From: Candidatus Doudnabacteria bacterium
GTDB lineage: Bacteria; Patescibacteriota; JAQUNI01
NCBI GenBank assembly: GCA_041644975.1
Contig: JBAZQX010000005.1
Span: 13,068 to 77,067, forward strand
Reading direction: 5' to 3'
Length of the DNA stretch: 64,000 nucleotides
Each line of letters starts with the position of its first letter. The stretch's first letter is position 1. The position numbers and the translations under genes were made by a program. Under the pieces are notes generated by a model. The model did not search any database. It was given only the letters and a program-made list of their open reading frames with translations, and was not told the origin of the DNA. Shown here piece after piece: positions 9,390-19,836 of the stretch.

Positions 9390-9731
9390 ATGGCAAAAAA
9401 ATTATACGTCGGTGGTTTGTCCTACAATACCACTGAGGAAACCTTGAAGGATTTCTTTTCTCAAGCAGGCGCGGTAGAATCAGCGATGATTATCACAGAC
9501 AAAATGTCTGGCCGCTCCAAGGGATTCGGATTCGTGGAAATGGTAAGCGACGAAGACGCGCAGAAAGCGGTTGAAACTTTAAATGGCCAAGAGTTGGACG
9601 GACGCAGCCTAAGAATAGATGAAGCAAGACCAATGAGCGATCGGCCTCGGAGAAGCGGCGGCGGCTTTGGTGGTGGACGCGGAGACGACAGAGGCGGATA
9701 TGGCGGCGGCAACAGAGACCGTGGTTGGTAA
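9390..9731 (+). CDS. RRM RNA-binding protein with Gly-rich tail
   Basis: RNP2 LYVGGL and RNP1 KGFGFVEM. Confidence 0.95.
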   Translation: MAKKLYVGGLSYNTTEETLKDFFSQAGAVESAMIITDKMSGRSKGFGFVEMVSDEDAQKAVETLNGQELDGRSLRIDEARPMSDRPRRSGGGFGGGRGDDRGGYGGGNRDRGW

Positions 9732-9754
9732 TCTATTAGAACTTCAATAAGATA

Positions 9755-9789
9755 AAAAATCTTGTCCCTCGCGAGGGACAAGATTTTTG
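9755..9789. terminator. Bidirectional intrinsic terminator
   Basis: Perfect palindrome AAAAATCTTGTCCCTCGCGAGGGACAAGATTTTT between convergent genes. Confidence 0.85.
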
Positions 9790-9812
9790 TTACTCCTTCC
9801 CTTTTAATTTTT

Positions 9813-12797
9813 TTATTTATTGCTTAATTTGGCGAATAAAAAAAATAAAGTAATAAACAGCAAGCCCATTAGAAACGGCGCTGATGATGAAATTAAATTC
9901 CGCTTGCCGGGCTTGAATCTTTTCAGTAAAAGAGAATTAGACACAACCGAAACCGAACTCAAAGCCATTGCCAGCCCGGCTAACTCCGGCTTTAAAATGA
10001 GTCCCGCCCAGGCCAACATTCGAGCCGCGATAGGAATACCAACAATATTATAAAACAAGGCGAAAAACATATTCTGCTTGATTTTAGACACTGTCGCGCG
10101 GCTTAAATCAATGGCTGTCAAAACACTTCTCAAATCGTTTTTAACAATAACAATACCGCCGGTTTCCATTGCCACATCAGCGCCCGAACCCATTGCCACG
10201 CCCAAATCCGCCTGCGCTAAGGCCGGAGCGTCATTGATGCCGTCGCCCACAAAAGCGACAGAACGCTTGCGCGGAGAATTTTTAATTTTTTCTCTGTAAT
10301 CTTCAATTCGTTTCCAATCCGTGATTTTTAATGACGACACCTTAACTCCTTTTTGCAAAAGTTCAACAACTATAGCCTTGTGTTGCGGCAAAACTTCGGC
10401 TAAAACATTTTTAATACCCGCTTGCTTGGCTATTGCCTCGGCGGTTCGGCGATTATCACCGGTAATCATAAAGGTTATTAAACCGCGCTTATGCAAGGCG
10501 CTCACCGTGTCTACGGCGCTTTCTTTAATAATGTCCGCCACTGCCACAATACCTAAAATTTCTTTGTCCGTTGACAAAATCATCGTTGTTTTTCCCTGCT
10601 CCTCCAAGCGCCGCGCTTTTCGTTCAATATTTTCCACATTTAACCCGACAACATCGGCCATTAGTTTGCGATTGCCAAAATAATATTTTTGCCCATCAAT
10701 TTCGCCTTCAACACCGTGTCCGGGAATAGCTCTAAAACCAGCCACCTCTTTTATAAGCGCGGATTCTTCTTGCGCGTATTTAACTATAGCTTCAGCCAAT
10801 GGATGCTCGGACATTTTTTCTAAACTGGCGGCTATGCCGAGCGCTTCATCTTCATCGCCAAACCCGATGCCAATTATATCAGTCACTTGGGGTTTGCCCT
10901 GAGTTAAAGTGCCAGTTTTATCAAAAACAATCATCTTTATTTTGCAGGCAGCTTCCAGCGGCTCGCCCCCTTTAATTAAAATCCCTTGCTCCGCTCCCTT
11001 ACCAGTCCCAACCATAATAGCGGTTGGAGTGGCTAATCCCAAGGCGCACGGGCAAGCGATCACAATCACAGCGGTAAAAGCCATCAAAGCAAAAGCCAAG
11101 TTTGAACCAAGCAGAAAAAACCAAACAAGAAAAGTCAAAACAGCGATACCAAGCACAATCGGCACAAAGCGACTGGAAATTTTATCCGCAAACATCTGAA
11201 TAGGCGCTTTGGAACCCTGGGCGTCTTCAATAAACCGGATAATTTGAGCTAAAGCGGTTTCTTTACCCACCCTGGTCGCTCTAAATTCAAAACTGCCGTG
11301 TTTATTCATAGTAGCGCCAATAACAACATCTCCGACATTTTTTTCCACTGGTATGCTTTCCCCGGTAAGCATTGATTCGTCCACTGAAGAATTGCCCTTG
11401 ACAATTTCGCCGTCAACCGGTATTTTTTCGCCAGGCCGAACCAACACTATGTCTCCCTTTACCACCTGCTCAATCGGAATATCTTCCTGCTTGCCGTCAC
11501 GAAAAACGCGGGCGGTTTTTGGCTGAAGGCCCATTAGTTTTTTAATGGCTTCAGAAGTTTTTCCCTTGGCTTTGGCTTCAAGCCATTTGCCCAAAAGCAC
11601 AAATGAAATTAGAAAAGCCGCTGTTTCAAAATATAAATCAGGTATTTTTTCCCCCATCAAACCAATTAAACTGCCCTTAGAAAAAACATAGCTAAGATAA
11701 GCGAACAAACTGTAAAAAAACGCCGCACTTGTACCAATGGCAATCAAACTGTCCATATTGAATGTTTTCATCCGCAAACTACTCCACGTTCCCTTGTAAA
11801 ACCCGAAACCAATAATGAATTGCACAGGTAAAGTCAAAAGCAAAGAAATAATGCCGATGTATGGCATAACCGCCTTGCCCGGCAAGAAAGGCAAAAATTC
11901 CAGAAGCATAAAATAAAACATCGGCAAGCTCAAGCCGAGTCCCCACAAAAACTTCTTCCAATAATTTTTTATTTCTTTAACTCTTCTTATTTTCTCCGCT
12001 TCAGGGTGGTCTGAACGGTATAGTTCCGCTCTATAACCCGCTTTTTTGACAACATCTAACAAAGCGGCTAAATTAGTCAGCGAACTGTCATAAATTACAC
12101 GCGCTCTGGCTGAAGCAAAATTGACATTGGCTGAAATAATCCCCGGCGCTTTCCGCAGGGCCTTTTCTATCAAGCCGGCGCAAGAAGAACAATGCATACC
12201 ATCTATACTTAATTGCGCTTGTTCTTCCTTTTTCTTAGCCGACAATGGAGGTGAAGCAACCGAAACCGCCTGGCTAGGATATAAAACCAAATCAGCGGCA
12301 TCTTGCTCCGAAGGGCCAAGCAAACGAAAAAGTTTGCCTATGTTGACGGAGCGCAAAAGATTATCCGCCAACTGCTCTATGTTTTTTTGGCCCTGTGGAA
12401 CTTCAATTTCTCCTCTGCGCTGGCGCTTGATTTTGCCTTGAAAATTCGGCTGATTGCCGCTATGACCAAAATTACCTTCTGCTTCCGTAGAGGACTCAAG
12501 CCGAATCTTCAAAGGCGAATTGCTGTCAATCTTTTTTTTTAGCCAAATTGAAGTTGATGATTCTCGCTGGATTTCTTTTGGCTCACGGCCTGTTATTTCC
12601 GCTTCGTAGCCGGCCTTCTTAACCGCCTCTATCAGTAAAGCGTCAGAAACATTTTCATCCGCTTTTACCTCTCCTTTACCCAAAGCGTAATCCACTTTGG
12701 CATATTTCACGCCAGTCAAAGAAGACAGTTCAGCCTCTACGAGTTTTTTGCAAGAAGCGCAATGCATGCCATGAATTTTCAGAATAATTTTTTGCAT
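9813..12797 (-). CDS. copA: Cu(I)-translocating P1B-type ATPase with two HMA domains
   Basis: GMHCASC and [31 protein letters not shown] and MALSS motifs. Confidence 0.93.
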   Translation of the reverse strand: MQKIILKIHGMHCASCKKLVEAELSSLTGVKYAKVDYALGKGEVKADENVSDALLIEAVKKAGYEAEITGREPKEIQRESSTSIWLKKKIDSNSPLKIRLESSTEAEGNFGHSGNQPNFQGKIKRQRRGEIEVPQGQKNIEQLADNLLRSVNIGKLFRLLGPSEQDAADLVLYPSQAVSVASPPLSAKKKEEQAQLSIDGMHCSSCAGLIEKALRKAPGIISANVNFASARARVIYDSSLTNLAALLDVVKKAGYRAELYRSDHPEAEKIRRVKEIKNYWKKFLWGLGLSLPMFYFMLLEFLPFLPGKAVMPYIGIISLLLTLPVQFIIGFGFYKGTWSSLRMKTFNMDSLIAIGTSAAFFYSLFAYLSYVFSKGSLIGLMGEKIPDLYFETAAFLISFVLLGKWLEAKAKGKTSEAIKKLMGLQPKTARVFRDGKQEDIPIEQVVKGDIVLVRPGEKIPVDGEIVKGNSSVDESMLTGESIPVEKNVGDVVIGATMNKHGSFEFRATRVGKETALAQIIRFIEDAQGSKAPIQMFADKISSRFVPIVLGIAVLTFLVWFFLLGSNLAFALMAFTAVIVIACPCALGLATPTAIMVGTGKGAEQGILIKGGEPLEAACKIKMIVFDKTGTLTQGKPQVTDIIGIGFGDEDEALGIAASLEKMSEHPLAEAIVKYAQEESALIKEVAGFRAIPGHGVEGEIDGQKYYFGNRKLMADVVGLNVENIERKARRLEEQGKTTMILSTDKEILGIVAVADIIKESAVDTVSALHKRGLITFMITGDNRRTAEAIAKQAGIKNVLAEVLPQHKAIVVELLQKGVKVSSLKITDWKRIEDYREKIKNSPRKRSVAFVGDGINDAPALAQADLGVAMGSGADVAMETGGIVIVKNDLRSVLTAIDLSRATVSKIKQNMFFALFYNIVGIPIAARMLAWAGLILKPELAGLAMALSSVSVVSNSLLLKRFKPGKRNLISSSAPFLMGLLFITLFFLFAKLSNK

Positions 12798-12849
12798 ATT
12801 ATTACAAAATTATTTTTTAAGAAGGTTAAAATTAAATTTTCATATTTTT

Positions 12850-13722
12850 TTATTGTGATTCCACTACAATCATACCAGAGATCATCCCCATCCAACAACT
12901 AAATTGATATTTTCCTGGTGTTGTTGGGGTGAATTCTTTCACGCTTACTTGACCAGGAGTAAGACTAATCTGGCCGGTAAATAAACCATTGGCAATAATA
13001 GCATTTGTGCAACCGCTTGTACCCGTGTCGGTAATTTCCCATCTTACCGGAATCCCTGCTTTTAGCTTAAAATAATTTGGTTCATACCCCGACGAAGATG
13101 CATCCATCTTGATAATTTGCTTAGTGGGGGTTGGAGGAGGAACGGTCTCTGTTTTTATTCCCCCATTCTGATTATTTGGTATAGAAGGTTGAGGTGGAGA
13201 TTGGGTTGGGTTTCGACCCTGATATTGATCGCCAGCGATTTGATCTTGGTTATTTGTGGTTCCTTTATTTGGTAGTACGACGTTGCCATTATCTATCTGC
13301 GGAGATTTAGGTTGTGCTGGAGGTGTGGAGTAATTAGAATCTTTATTTTGACTTCCTAAGGTTTGATTGTTTTGCAAAGGACAACCAAGTAAATCTTGCA
13401 ATTCTTCAAATGTTCTGTAACCCTCATAAACCTGTCCATTAATGGCAAATGCGGGAACACCTGTAAATTTATGCTTTACAGGGCCAATAGCAGCATTGAT
13501 TTTATTTATTTTAATTCCCAGAGCTTCAATTTTATTAATTGTTCCTTCTCCCTTTACTCTGTTGCACCATTCGCATTGGTTAAGATAATAGAATGTTATT
13601 TCTTTCGTCTTACATTGGGGTGCTGCGTTTAACTGGGAATTTGATTTTTTGGATTTAGTTAAAATCCAAATTCCACCCCCCAAAATTATAATCACTGTAA
13701 AAATTAGAATAATTTTTTTCAT
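12850..13722 (-). CDS. Membrane-anchored thioredoxin-like plus cupredoxin-like domain protein
   Basis: N-terminal TM, CEWC, GVPAFAING and C-terminal GC...FSCWMGM. Confidence 0.75.
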   Translation of the reverse strand: MKKIILIFTVIIILGGGIWILTKSKKSNSQLNAAPQCKTKEITFYYLNQCEWCNRVKGEGTINKIEALGIKINKINAAIGPVKHKFTGVPAFAINGQVYEGYRTFEELQDLLGCPLQNNQTLGSQNKDSNYSTPPAQPKSPQIDNGNVVLPNKGTTNNQDQIAGDQYQGRNPTQSPPQPSIPNNQNGGIKTETVPPPTPTKQIIKMDASSSGYEPNYFKLKAGIPVRWEITDTGTSGCTNAIIANGLFTGQISLTPGQVSVKEFTPTTPGKYQFSCWMGMISGMIVVESQ

Positions 13723-13725
13723 TTT

Positions 13726-14235
13726 TTACTTGGTTATGAAATAAAAACTTAAACTAAATATCAAAAGTACTCCAATGGCAATTAGCACTTTCTGGTGCGA
13801 AAGGTAAATTTTTCCTTGATTTCGTTTTCTTAGGAATTTATCCAGATACGGAGCAATTATAAGTAATATACTTCCCAAAATTATTCCGAAAATAATTTTG
13901 TTGATTCCCAAAATAGTATTATAAGCATTAAAAAATTTTGACCAGAATAGAGAAAGGAAAACCATAAGGTAAGAAAATAAGGCAACAACAAATAGTTGCA
14001 ATGGAATTCGTTTATTCCACTTTTTTAGAAAATTATTAATAAGTATCACGCTTGAAAGGGTAAATCCCCCAAGCCAAAGACCGACAATGGTGTCATCCAC
14101 TCCCAGCCAACGGAATAGACCTGTAAAAGCTCCTGTTGCTATTATGCATAATGGGCAAAATGCAAATGCTTTAAGAGGCAGCGATAAAAGCATCAAAACT
14201 GGTAAAACATAAATGACTAAATAGCCTTTCTTCAT
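13726..14235 (-). CDS. Membrane protein with a CPLC motif (copper cluster)
   Basis: Hydrophobic helices; FCPLC...GVDD. Confidence 0.7.
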   Translation of the reverse strand: MKKGYLVIYVLPVLMLLSLPLKAFAFCPLCIIATGAFTGLFRWLGVDDTIVGLWLGGFTLSSVILINNFLKKWNKRIPLQLFVVALFSYLMVFLSLFWSKFFNAYNTILGINKIIFGIILGSILLIIAPYLDKFLRKRNQGKIYLSHQKVLIAIGVLLIFSLSFYFITK

Positions 14236-14237
14236 CT

Positions 14238-14375
14238 TTATTGTTTGCTTAATAATCCGTCAATGGTTTGCCCAAAGGTGTCATATGGCAGGGCTCCGCT
14301 AATTAGCTGGCCATTGATATCGGACATTGGATAGGAACCTTCCTTAGTTATGTCAGTCTTGAACGGCTCTATCAT
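14238..14375 (-). pseudogene. 45-aa ORF resembling the C-terminus of a DsbA-family oxidoreductase (remnant)
   Basis: Manual translation ...INGQLISGALPYDTFGQTIDGLL; its ATG overlaps the upstream TGA. Confidence 0.55.
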
Positions 14376-16093
14376 TGCGCTCCACAACTTGTGCCACTCC
14401 CGCCACAACCACATCCCTTAGCTCCAGAAGGAATAATCTGATTATTATCTGTCGCAGAGCCAGGAACAGAAGGTTGTGAATTTACCCCCTGATCCACAAC
14501 CTCAATCACTCCCGATACCATTCCCATCCAGCAACTAAATTTGTATTTCCCGGACTTTGTGGGTGTGAATTCCTTAATGCTTATCTTCCCAGGGGTTAAA
14601 TTAATTTGGCCATCAAATAGACCTCGGGAAATAACGGCATTTGTGCAGCCACTTGTGCCAGTATCTGTGATTTCCCACCTTACGGGCACCCCAGATTTTA
14701 CCTTGAAATAATTTGGTTTATATCCAGAAGAAGACGCATCCATTTTGATAACTTGTTTGCCATTAACCAAAGGTGGTAGTCCGCTATCGCTGCTAGAGGC
14801 ACTCGTAGATTGGGAAGAAGTAGCTTTTACATCACTAAAACTAAAAAATCCCAAGACATTCATTTGGGAATTAATATTATAAAAAGCAAAAAATAAAACC
14901 AAAACACCCGCGACCTTAAGGAACTTTTCTGACCGCCCTGGTTTTTGAAAAAATTTCACGCTTGATAAACCGATGGTTAGTAGCATTGGTAATGTCCCAA
15001 GCGCGAAAAAGAGCATAATTAATCCTCCTTGAATGGGGTTTCCCGATATCAGGGCAATGCTTTGAGCAGTAATAGTGAAACCGCAGGGCAAGAAAAAAGT
15101 AAAAGCTCCCATTAAAAAAGGCATATAACGTCCTTGGAAATTTTTTTCATCAGCCACATATCTGGTGATGAATTTTGGCATTGTAAACTGAAACCTGCGC
15201 AAGGCCTTTACGCCCAACATTTGCAAAGCCAGCACGAACATCATTAAGGAAACTGCTAAGACGAGGACAGAGGTAAATTTGAGCGATAATTGTAATTTAC
15301 TACCCACTGCACCCAGTACTGCGCCTAAAATCGTATAAGAAATGATCCTACCGATATTGAACATCAAATGAGGTCGAAGTTTTGTGAAAAACGAATCCTT
15401 TTCTGAATATGCTTCCAGCCATTGTTTGGACATTGAAAGGACCAAACCGCCTACGAGCGCTGCACAACTTGAGACTCCGGCCAAAATACCGAAAACAAAA
15501 AAAGCAGGCAAAGAAGATGAAGAGTTAATATTAATCAACCCCGATAAGCCTGATTTTTTTAAAATTAGAAAACCGATAATAAGAAGGAGGGCGGCTCCAG
15601 CGATCGTGAAAAAATCTTTTACTTTTGATCCCTTTGCCTCTATGGGTTGGTCAAAAAAAATATAGTTGTCTTTTTGAAAAATTTTATTTAACTTTTCTGC
15701 TGAAGATCTTTCACCGGTATATTTAATAAACACTTGGCCTTTGTTAGTTGACGCTTCTACAGCTTCTATTGAAGGCAAACTTAATAACTTTTTTTCAATC
15801 AAAATTTCACAAGAAGCGCAATGCATTCCTTGAACAAAGTATACGTGTTCCTGACTAGTACTTTTTGCTGAAACAGCAGATTTTTCTCTAATAACATATC
15901 CCAATTTCTGAATTGCTTCAAAAATTTTATCTTGAAAAATTATTGTATCATCAAATTCTACCCGAGTTTCCCCACTTGCCTCATTAATATTGATATCTTT
16001 AACACCTTTTAAGACATCAACTTTTGTTTCAACTAGACTTTTATCATTAGGAGAATGAATACCCTCAATGTGGATTTTTATTGTTTTCAACAT
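14372..16093 (-). CDS. HMA + DsbD_2/TauE-like TM + cupredoxin multidomain protein
   Basis: GMHCASC, SSCAALVGG, GRIISY, FLPCG, FALGT and FSCWMGM; Cys-rich tail. Confidence 0.85.
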   Translation of the reverse strand: MLKTIKIHIEGIHSPNDKSLVETKVDVLKGVKDININEASGETRVEFDDTIIFQDKIFEAIQKLGYVIREKSAVSAKSTSQEHVYFVQGMHCASCEILIEKKLLSLPSIEAVEASTNKGQVFIKYTGERSSAEKLNKIFQKDNYIFFDQPIEAKGSKVKDFFTIAGAALLLIIGFLILKKSGLSGLININSSSSLPAFFVFGILAGVSSCAALVGGLVLSMSKQWLEAYSEKDSFFTKLRPHLMFNIGRIISYTILGAVLGAVGSKLQLSLKFTSVLVLAVSLMMFVLALQMLGVKALRRFQFTMPKFITRYVADEKNFQGRYMPFLMGAFTFFLPCGFTITAQSIALISGNPIQGGLIMLFFALGTLPMLLTIGLSSVKFFQKPGRSEKFLKVAGVLVLFFAFYNINSQMNVLGFFSFSDVKATSSQSTSASSSDSGLPPLVNGKQVIKMDASSSGYKPNYFKVKSGVPVRWEITDTGTSGCTNAVISRGLFDGQINLTPGKISIKEFTPTKSGKYKFSCWMGMVSGVIEVVDQGVNSQPSVPGSATDNNQIIPSGAKGCGCGGSGTSCGAQ

Positions 16094-16116
16094 AAAGATT
16101 GATTATTTAAAATTAT

Positions 16117-16135
16117 CTACTACAGAGTATAGTAG
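16117..16135. promoter_or_regulatory. Putative BlaI/CopY-family operator overlapping the -10 element
   Basis: Inverted repeat CTACTA-N7-TAGTAG over a TTGACG-17-TATACT promoter; shares ATCTACTACA with the 17686 site. Confidence 0.55.
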
Positions 16136-16233
16136 GTAATCAAATCTCCGTCAAGAAGGAGTTATCCACAGCCTAAAATATTTCAAAAATATCAAGGGAA
16201 ATAAATTAAAATACCCATTTTTTTAAAAGGGCT

Positions 16234-17274
16234 TCATTCCATTCCTTGGCAAGAATGTTTATCTGAACGATTAGCCATTTTACAAATATTCCCCTCACCC
16301 ATATTGCATTGATTTATCTGGGGCTGGCCGGATGAGCAAGAAAAATTAGCAGGGCTGGTTAAAACAGATGATTTTGAGTGAAGGATAACATTAAAGACAA
16401 AAAAGAATAGAAAAATAAAGGCAATATTTAGAATCAATTTGGGGGTGAAAGTTTTTATCTGCGGCGAATAATCATTATCTGCTAATTTATTTATTCTTTC
16501 GTCTAGGACAGCGCCGAAGAAAGGAACCGCTAACTTATTTTGCAAAATAAGTTGCTTTTGCCACCCCATCACTTTGTACAAAGCTTGGATTAGGGGTATT
16601 TTATTCCGGAAACCATTTGTAGCATATTCGTCAGCCGCCAATTCGGATAAGATTGAATATTGTTTGGATAATGATTTGAGACCAGGTATGAAGAATAGAA
16701 TTTTATTAAGAATTTTAATAAAAAATAATTTAATTGGATCATAAACAGAAAGATGATATTGCTCATGCAATAAAACAGCGGTTAATTCACTTGTGGATAA
16801 TTTCTGTATCAAGGCAGTGGAGATGCAAATTTTTGGTCTGAAAAAATTAAAACAAAAGATAAACGATCCTCGGGTCTTAGTTTCAATAATTTTATTTTCT
16901 AAATTGACAGATTGGGCGACCCTTTTTAATTTGGGTGAGAGGACTAATTTTTTGTTTTTAAGGCTCATTGCGATAAATTGCTTAGTTGCTTTATTTGTTT
17001 TGATAAGGATTGTGATTAAAAAAAACAAGAGCGTTAATATCCCTATTCCCGCAAAAATTAAAGAAGAAAAAATGAAAGGGTGATTTGCGAAAGAGAGATG
17101 ATGAGTGCAGCCGCAACTTGCTTGAAGACGGCCTAGAAAAGACTGCCAAATTAAGAGTAGTTTAGGATAAAGGTTCCATCCCAATATCAAAAAGAGAGCC
17201 AGAAAGGTGAAACCCAAGCCCAAGAATTGATAGAAAATTTTTTTGTTTTTTCTTTGATAATAATGTGTGTCCAC
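16234..17274 (-). CDS. BlaR1-like M56 metallopeptidase lacking a penicillin-binding domain
   Basis: PKICIS, LLHEQYH, ELAAD and ERI motifs; next to a BlaI-like gene. Confidence 0.85.
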   Translation of the reverse strand: MDTHYYQRKNKKIFYQFLGLGFTFLALFLILGWNLYPKLLLIWQSFLGRLQASCGCTHHLSFANHPFIFSSLIFAGIGILTLLFFLITILIKTNKATKQFIAMSLKNKKLVLSPKLKRVAQSVNLENKIIETKTRGSFIFCFNFFRPKICISTALIQKLSTSELTAVLLHEQYHLSVYDPIKLFFIKILNKILFFIPGLKSLSKQYSILSELAADEYATNGFRNKIPLIQALYKVMGWQKQLILQNKLAVPFFGAVLDERINKLADNDYSPQIKTFTPKLILNIAFIFLFFFVFNVILHSKSSVLTSPANFSCSSGQPQINQCNMGEGNICKMANRSDKHSCQGME

Positions 17275-17280
17275 GGCTTT

Positions 17281-17667
17281 TTATTTTATTTTTTTTAGTT
17301 TAAGCCGCCAATTTTCCAAATTTTTCAAATCGCTTGTCTCTACAACATCAATAAATTGCGCCACAGCCACTTCACCGAAAGATTTAATTAAATCGTTAAT
17401 CGCCCTTCTAGAAACAGAGGCCGCGAAATCATCCCTGTTCTGGCTTGGCCAATAGATATAAGCGCCATCCTGTCCCTGTTTTCGTTTAAGGATTTTTTTA
17501 TTGGATAGCCGTAACATTACAGTCATCACGGTGGTGTAAGCGATCTTTTTCTTTTTTCTTAATTTCTCCACCACTTCCCGAACGGAGACATTGCTATTAG
17601 ACCAGACTATATCCATAATTTCCGCTTCCAACGCACCCAACGACCATTTAAGCTTATTTTTTTTCAT
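17281..17667 (-). CDS. BlaI/MecI/CopY family repressor
   Basis: LGALEAEIMDIVW...SVREV...AYTTVMTVMLRL. Confidence 0.92.
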   Translation of the reverse strand: MKKNKLKWSLGALEAEIMDIVWSNSNVSVREVVEKLRKKKKIAYTTVMTVMLRLSNKKILKRKQGQDGAYIYWPSQNRDDFAASVSRRAINDLIKSFGEVAVAQFIDVVETSDLKNLENWRLKLKKIK

Positions 17668-17685
17668 AAATTTGATTATAATAAT

Positions 17686-17703
17686 CTACTACATATTGTA
17701 GCA
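17686..17703. promoter_or_regulatory. Putative autoregulatory BlaI/CopY operator
   Basis: TACA-TAT-TGTA palindrome just upstream of the repressor start. Confidence 0.55.
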
Positions 17704-17914
17704 AAATTTTTTGAGAGTTGCAAATAGACTATACATATAGGTTACATTATAATCTCAAAGGCTAACTAAATCCGTGTCAAGGGTATCCTTTAAAAATATC
17801 GACAAAAATCAAAATGTATATTAGGATAATAATGCTCTTTTCTAATAGCCATTATAATGTTTAATTTAAATTAGGCTCAAATTGAATTGAACTTATCGAA
17901 AAGGAGAGAGAAAG

Positions 17915-18592
17915 ATGGTTGAAGTTAAAAATGGACTAGGTTATGGTTCTATTGTTCCTGACGGACAAATCGTCTTTTTCAGAGACGAAAGGAAGGGACC
18001 TTTCACCCAAGGCGCAGAATTATTCTGGCCCGAAGAAAAAATAGTATTGCATGATTTGTTGGAAAAGGAAAAAGACAAGCAGAGCGAACCCAAGAAACGC
18101 GTGAAAAATAAGTTAAAGATAATCTGCGTGATTCCCTTAGACTCCGAAGTGTGGTCAATATTAAGCGCGTCGGATTTAGCAGAAAACAAAACAGGTTGGC
18201 AAGATCTCTTTTTGGCAGTCTTGCAAGCTGGGGTGATCTTCGGGATTGACAAAGCGATCGGGTTTTACGGTCGTCACGTTTCAGAAGAAAGATACCAACT
18301 AGGCGATACTGTGAGAGAGGAGGATATTGTCTTTCTGGTTTCTGATATTGACGGCAATGAAGTTCAGATCCTTCTGCCAAATCAAAGTATCCCGAAGGAA
18401 AACTGGTCTATAGCAAGCAGTGTTATTATCCCGGAAAGAGCTATTGAGCTCTTCCAAAATAATATTGGATTACCGATTTCGCAACTACTCCTCTTAATCC
18501 TTCAAATAGGCGAAAATTTCGGATTCGGGGAACAATGCATTTTAAATAGCTACTTTAGAGCCAATAACCCAGTATTAGGACTCGGTTTCTAA
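17915..18592 (+). CDS. Hypothetical protein, apparently an internally duplicated domain
   Basis: 225-aa ORF with an AAGGAG RBS. Confidence 0.65.
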   Translation: MVEVKNGLGYGSIVPDGQIVFFRDERKGPFTQGAELFWPEEKIVLHDLLEKEKDKQSEPKKRVKNKLKIICVIPLDSEVWSILSASDLAENKTGWQDLFLAVLQAGVIFGIDKAIGFYGRHVSEERYQLGDTVREEDIVFLVSDIDGNEVQILLPNQSIPKENWSIASSVIIPERAIELFQNNIGLPISQLLLLILQIGENFGFGEQCILNSYFRANNPVLGLGF

Positions 18593-18667
18593 AATATCTG
18601 CACCGAGTCTTTTTTATTTTAAAGGGAAATAAAACTAAGCCAAAATACTAGTGATTTTTTGCAAAAA

Positions 18668-19741
18668 TCACTTGATAATCTCTACTAAAATCTCCACCAT
18701 CTTGATTAAATCTTTAATTCTGACTCGTTCTTTTTTAGTATGAGCGTCCCTGACGCCGTTTGCAATTTCTACTGCTTTAATCTGATACTCATTAATAATA
18801 TTTAAATCAGAGGCACCAGTAGAAATAGTGAGTTCAGGAGTAACTCTCATCTTACGCATCGCTTTACAAATTTGTTTAATTAAAGAATCGGAGTGTCGGT
18901 GCTTGTACCCCGCAACCTCTCTAATAATTTTCAACTTATAGCGTGCTTTCTCTTTAACGCATTCATCTTGTGCCACTTTCTTCATTTTCTTTATTAATTG
19001 CTCAAGTTTGACTCTGCTAAAGCTGCGAATATCTCCCTTAAAAATCACTTGCTCGGGAACAATATTCGTCCCTTGCCCGCCGGAAATTAAACCAATATTA
19101 AAAGTTGTTTCCTGATCAATTCTACCAACTACTAACCGACTGATTACTCTGGCTGCGAGTACAATTGCATTGATCCCTTTTTCTGGCTCTGCTCCAGCAT
19201 GAGAGGACTTACCTATAATAGTTAGTTCAAAAGATTTGATGTGCGGCGAAGCGGAAGTAATAATCCCCACTCTTTTTGCTCTATCCATACCAACTGCTTC
19301 CCGTGCTTTTATCTTACGGAAATTAAATTTGCTAATTCCAACCGATCCTCCCTCCTCTCCCGTAGAAAAAACGATTTCCAAAGGTCGACACTTTGAATTA
19401 TTTTCGCAGATTAAATTCAACAGTTCTAAAATTATTGCTACACTGGCTTTATCATCCGCGCCCAAAATATTACCGCCCTCGGAATAAAGATATTCGCCTC
19501 TTTGATAAGGAATAATTCCTCGTCCCGGCTCTACTGTATCTAAATGCGCTTCTAAAAGCAGAGGGCTGCCTCGACCCGGCACGGAAACAAAAATATTACC
19601 CGCCTTATCTTTTGTCGGACGTAAATGCAATTTTCGCAAATAATCCAAAACCTCACGAATCGCTTCATTCTCTTCACCTGTTGGACTATCAATACGAACT
19701 AGCTTAAAAAATATATTACGCAATCTTTTTGAATTTACCAT
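18668..19741 (-). CDS. M20 family peptidase T-like tripeptidase
   Basis: AHLDTV, LGADDKA, EEGG, GKSSHAG and HT motifs; start reassigned to MVNSKRL. Confidence 0.88.
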   Translation of the reverse strand: MVNSKRLRNIFFKLVRIDSPTGEENEAIREVLDYLRKLHLRPTKDKAGNIFVSVPGRGSPLLLEAHLDTVEPGRGIIPYQRGEYLYSEGGNILGADDKASVAIILELLNLICENNSKCRPLEIVFSTGEEGGSVGISKFNFRKIKAREAVGMDRAKRVGIITSASPHIKSFELTIIGKSSHAGAEPEKGINAIVLAARVISRLVVGRIDQETTFNIGLISGGQGTNIVPEQVIFKGDIRSFSRVKLEQLIKKMKKVAQDECVKEKARYKLKIIREVAGYKHRHSDSLIKQICKAMRKMRVTPELTISTGASDLNIINEYQIKAVEIANGVRDAHTKKERVRIKDLIKMVEILVEIIK

Positions 19742-19836
19742 GTTACTAAGATAAAATCTAAATATATAAAAATAAATTTTTTCAAAAATAGGGGGATTTG
19801 CTGCCTTAAAAATATGACCCAACAAATCCCCATTTA

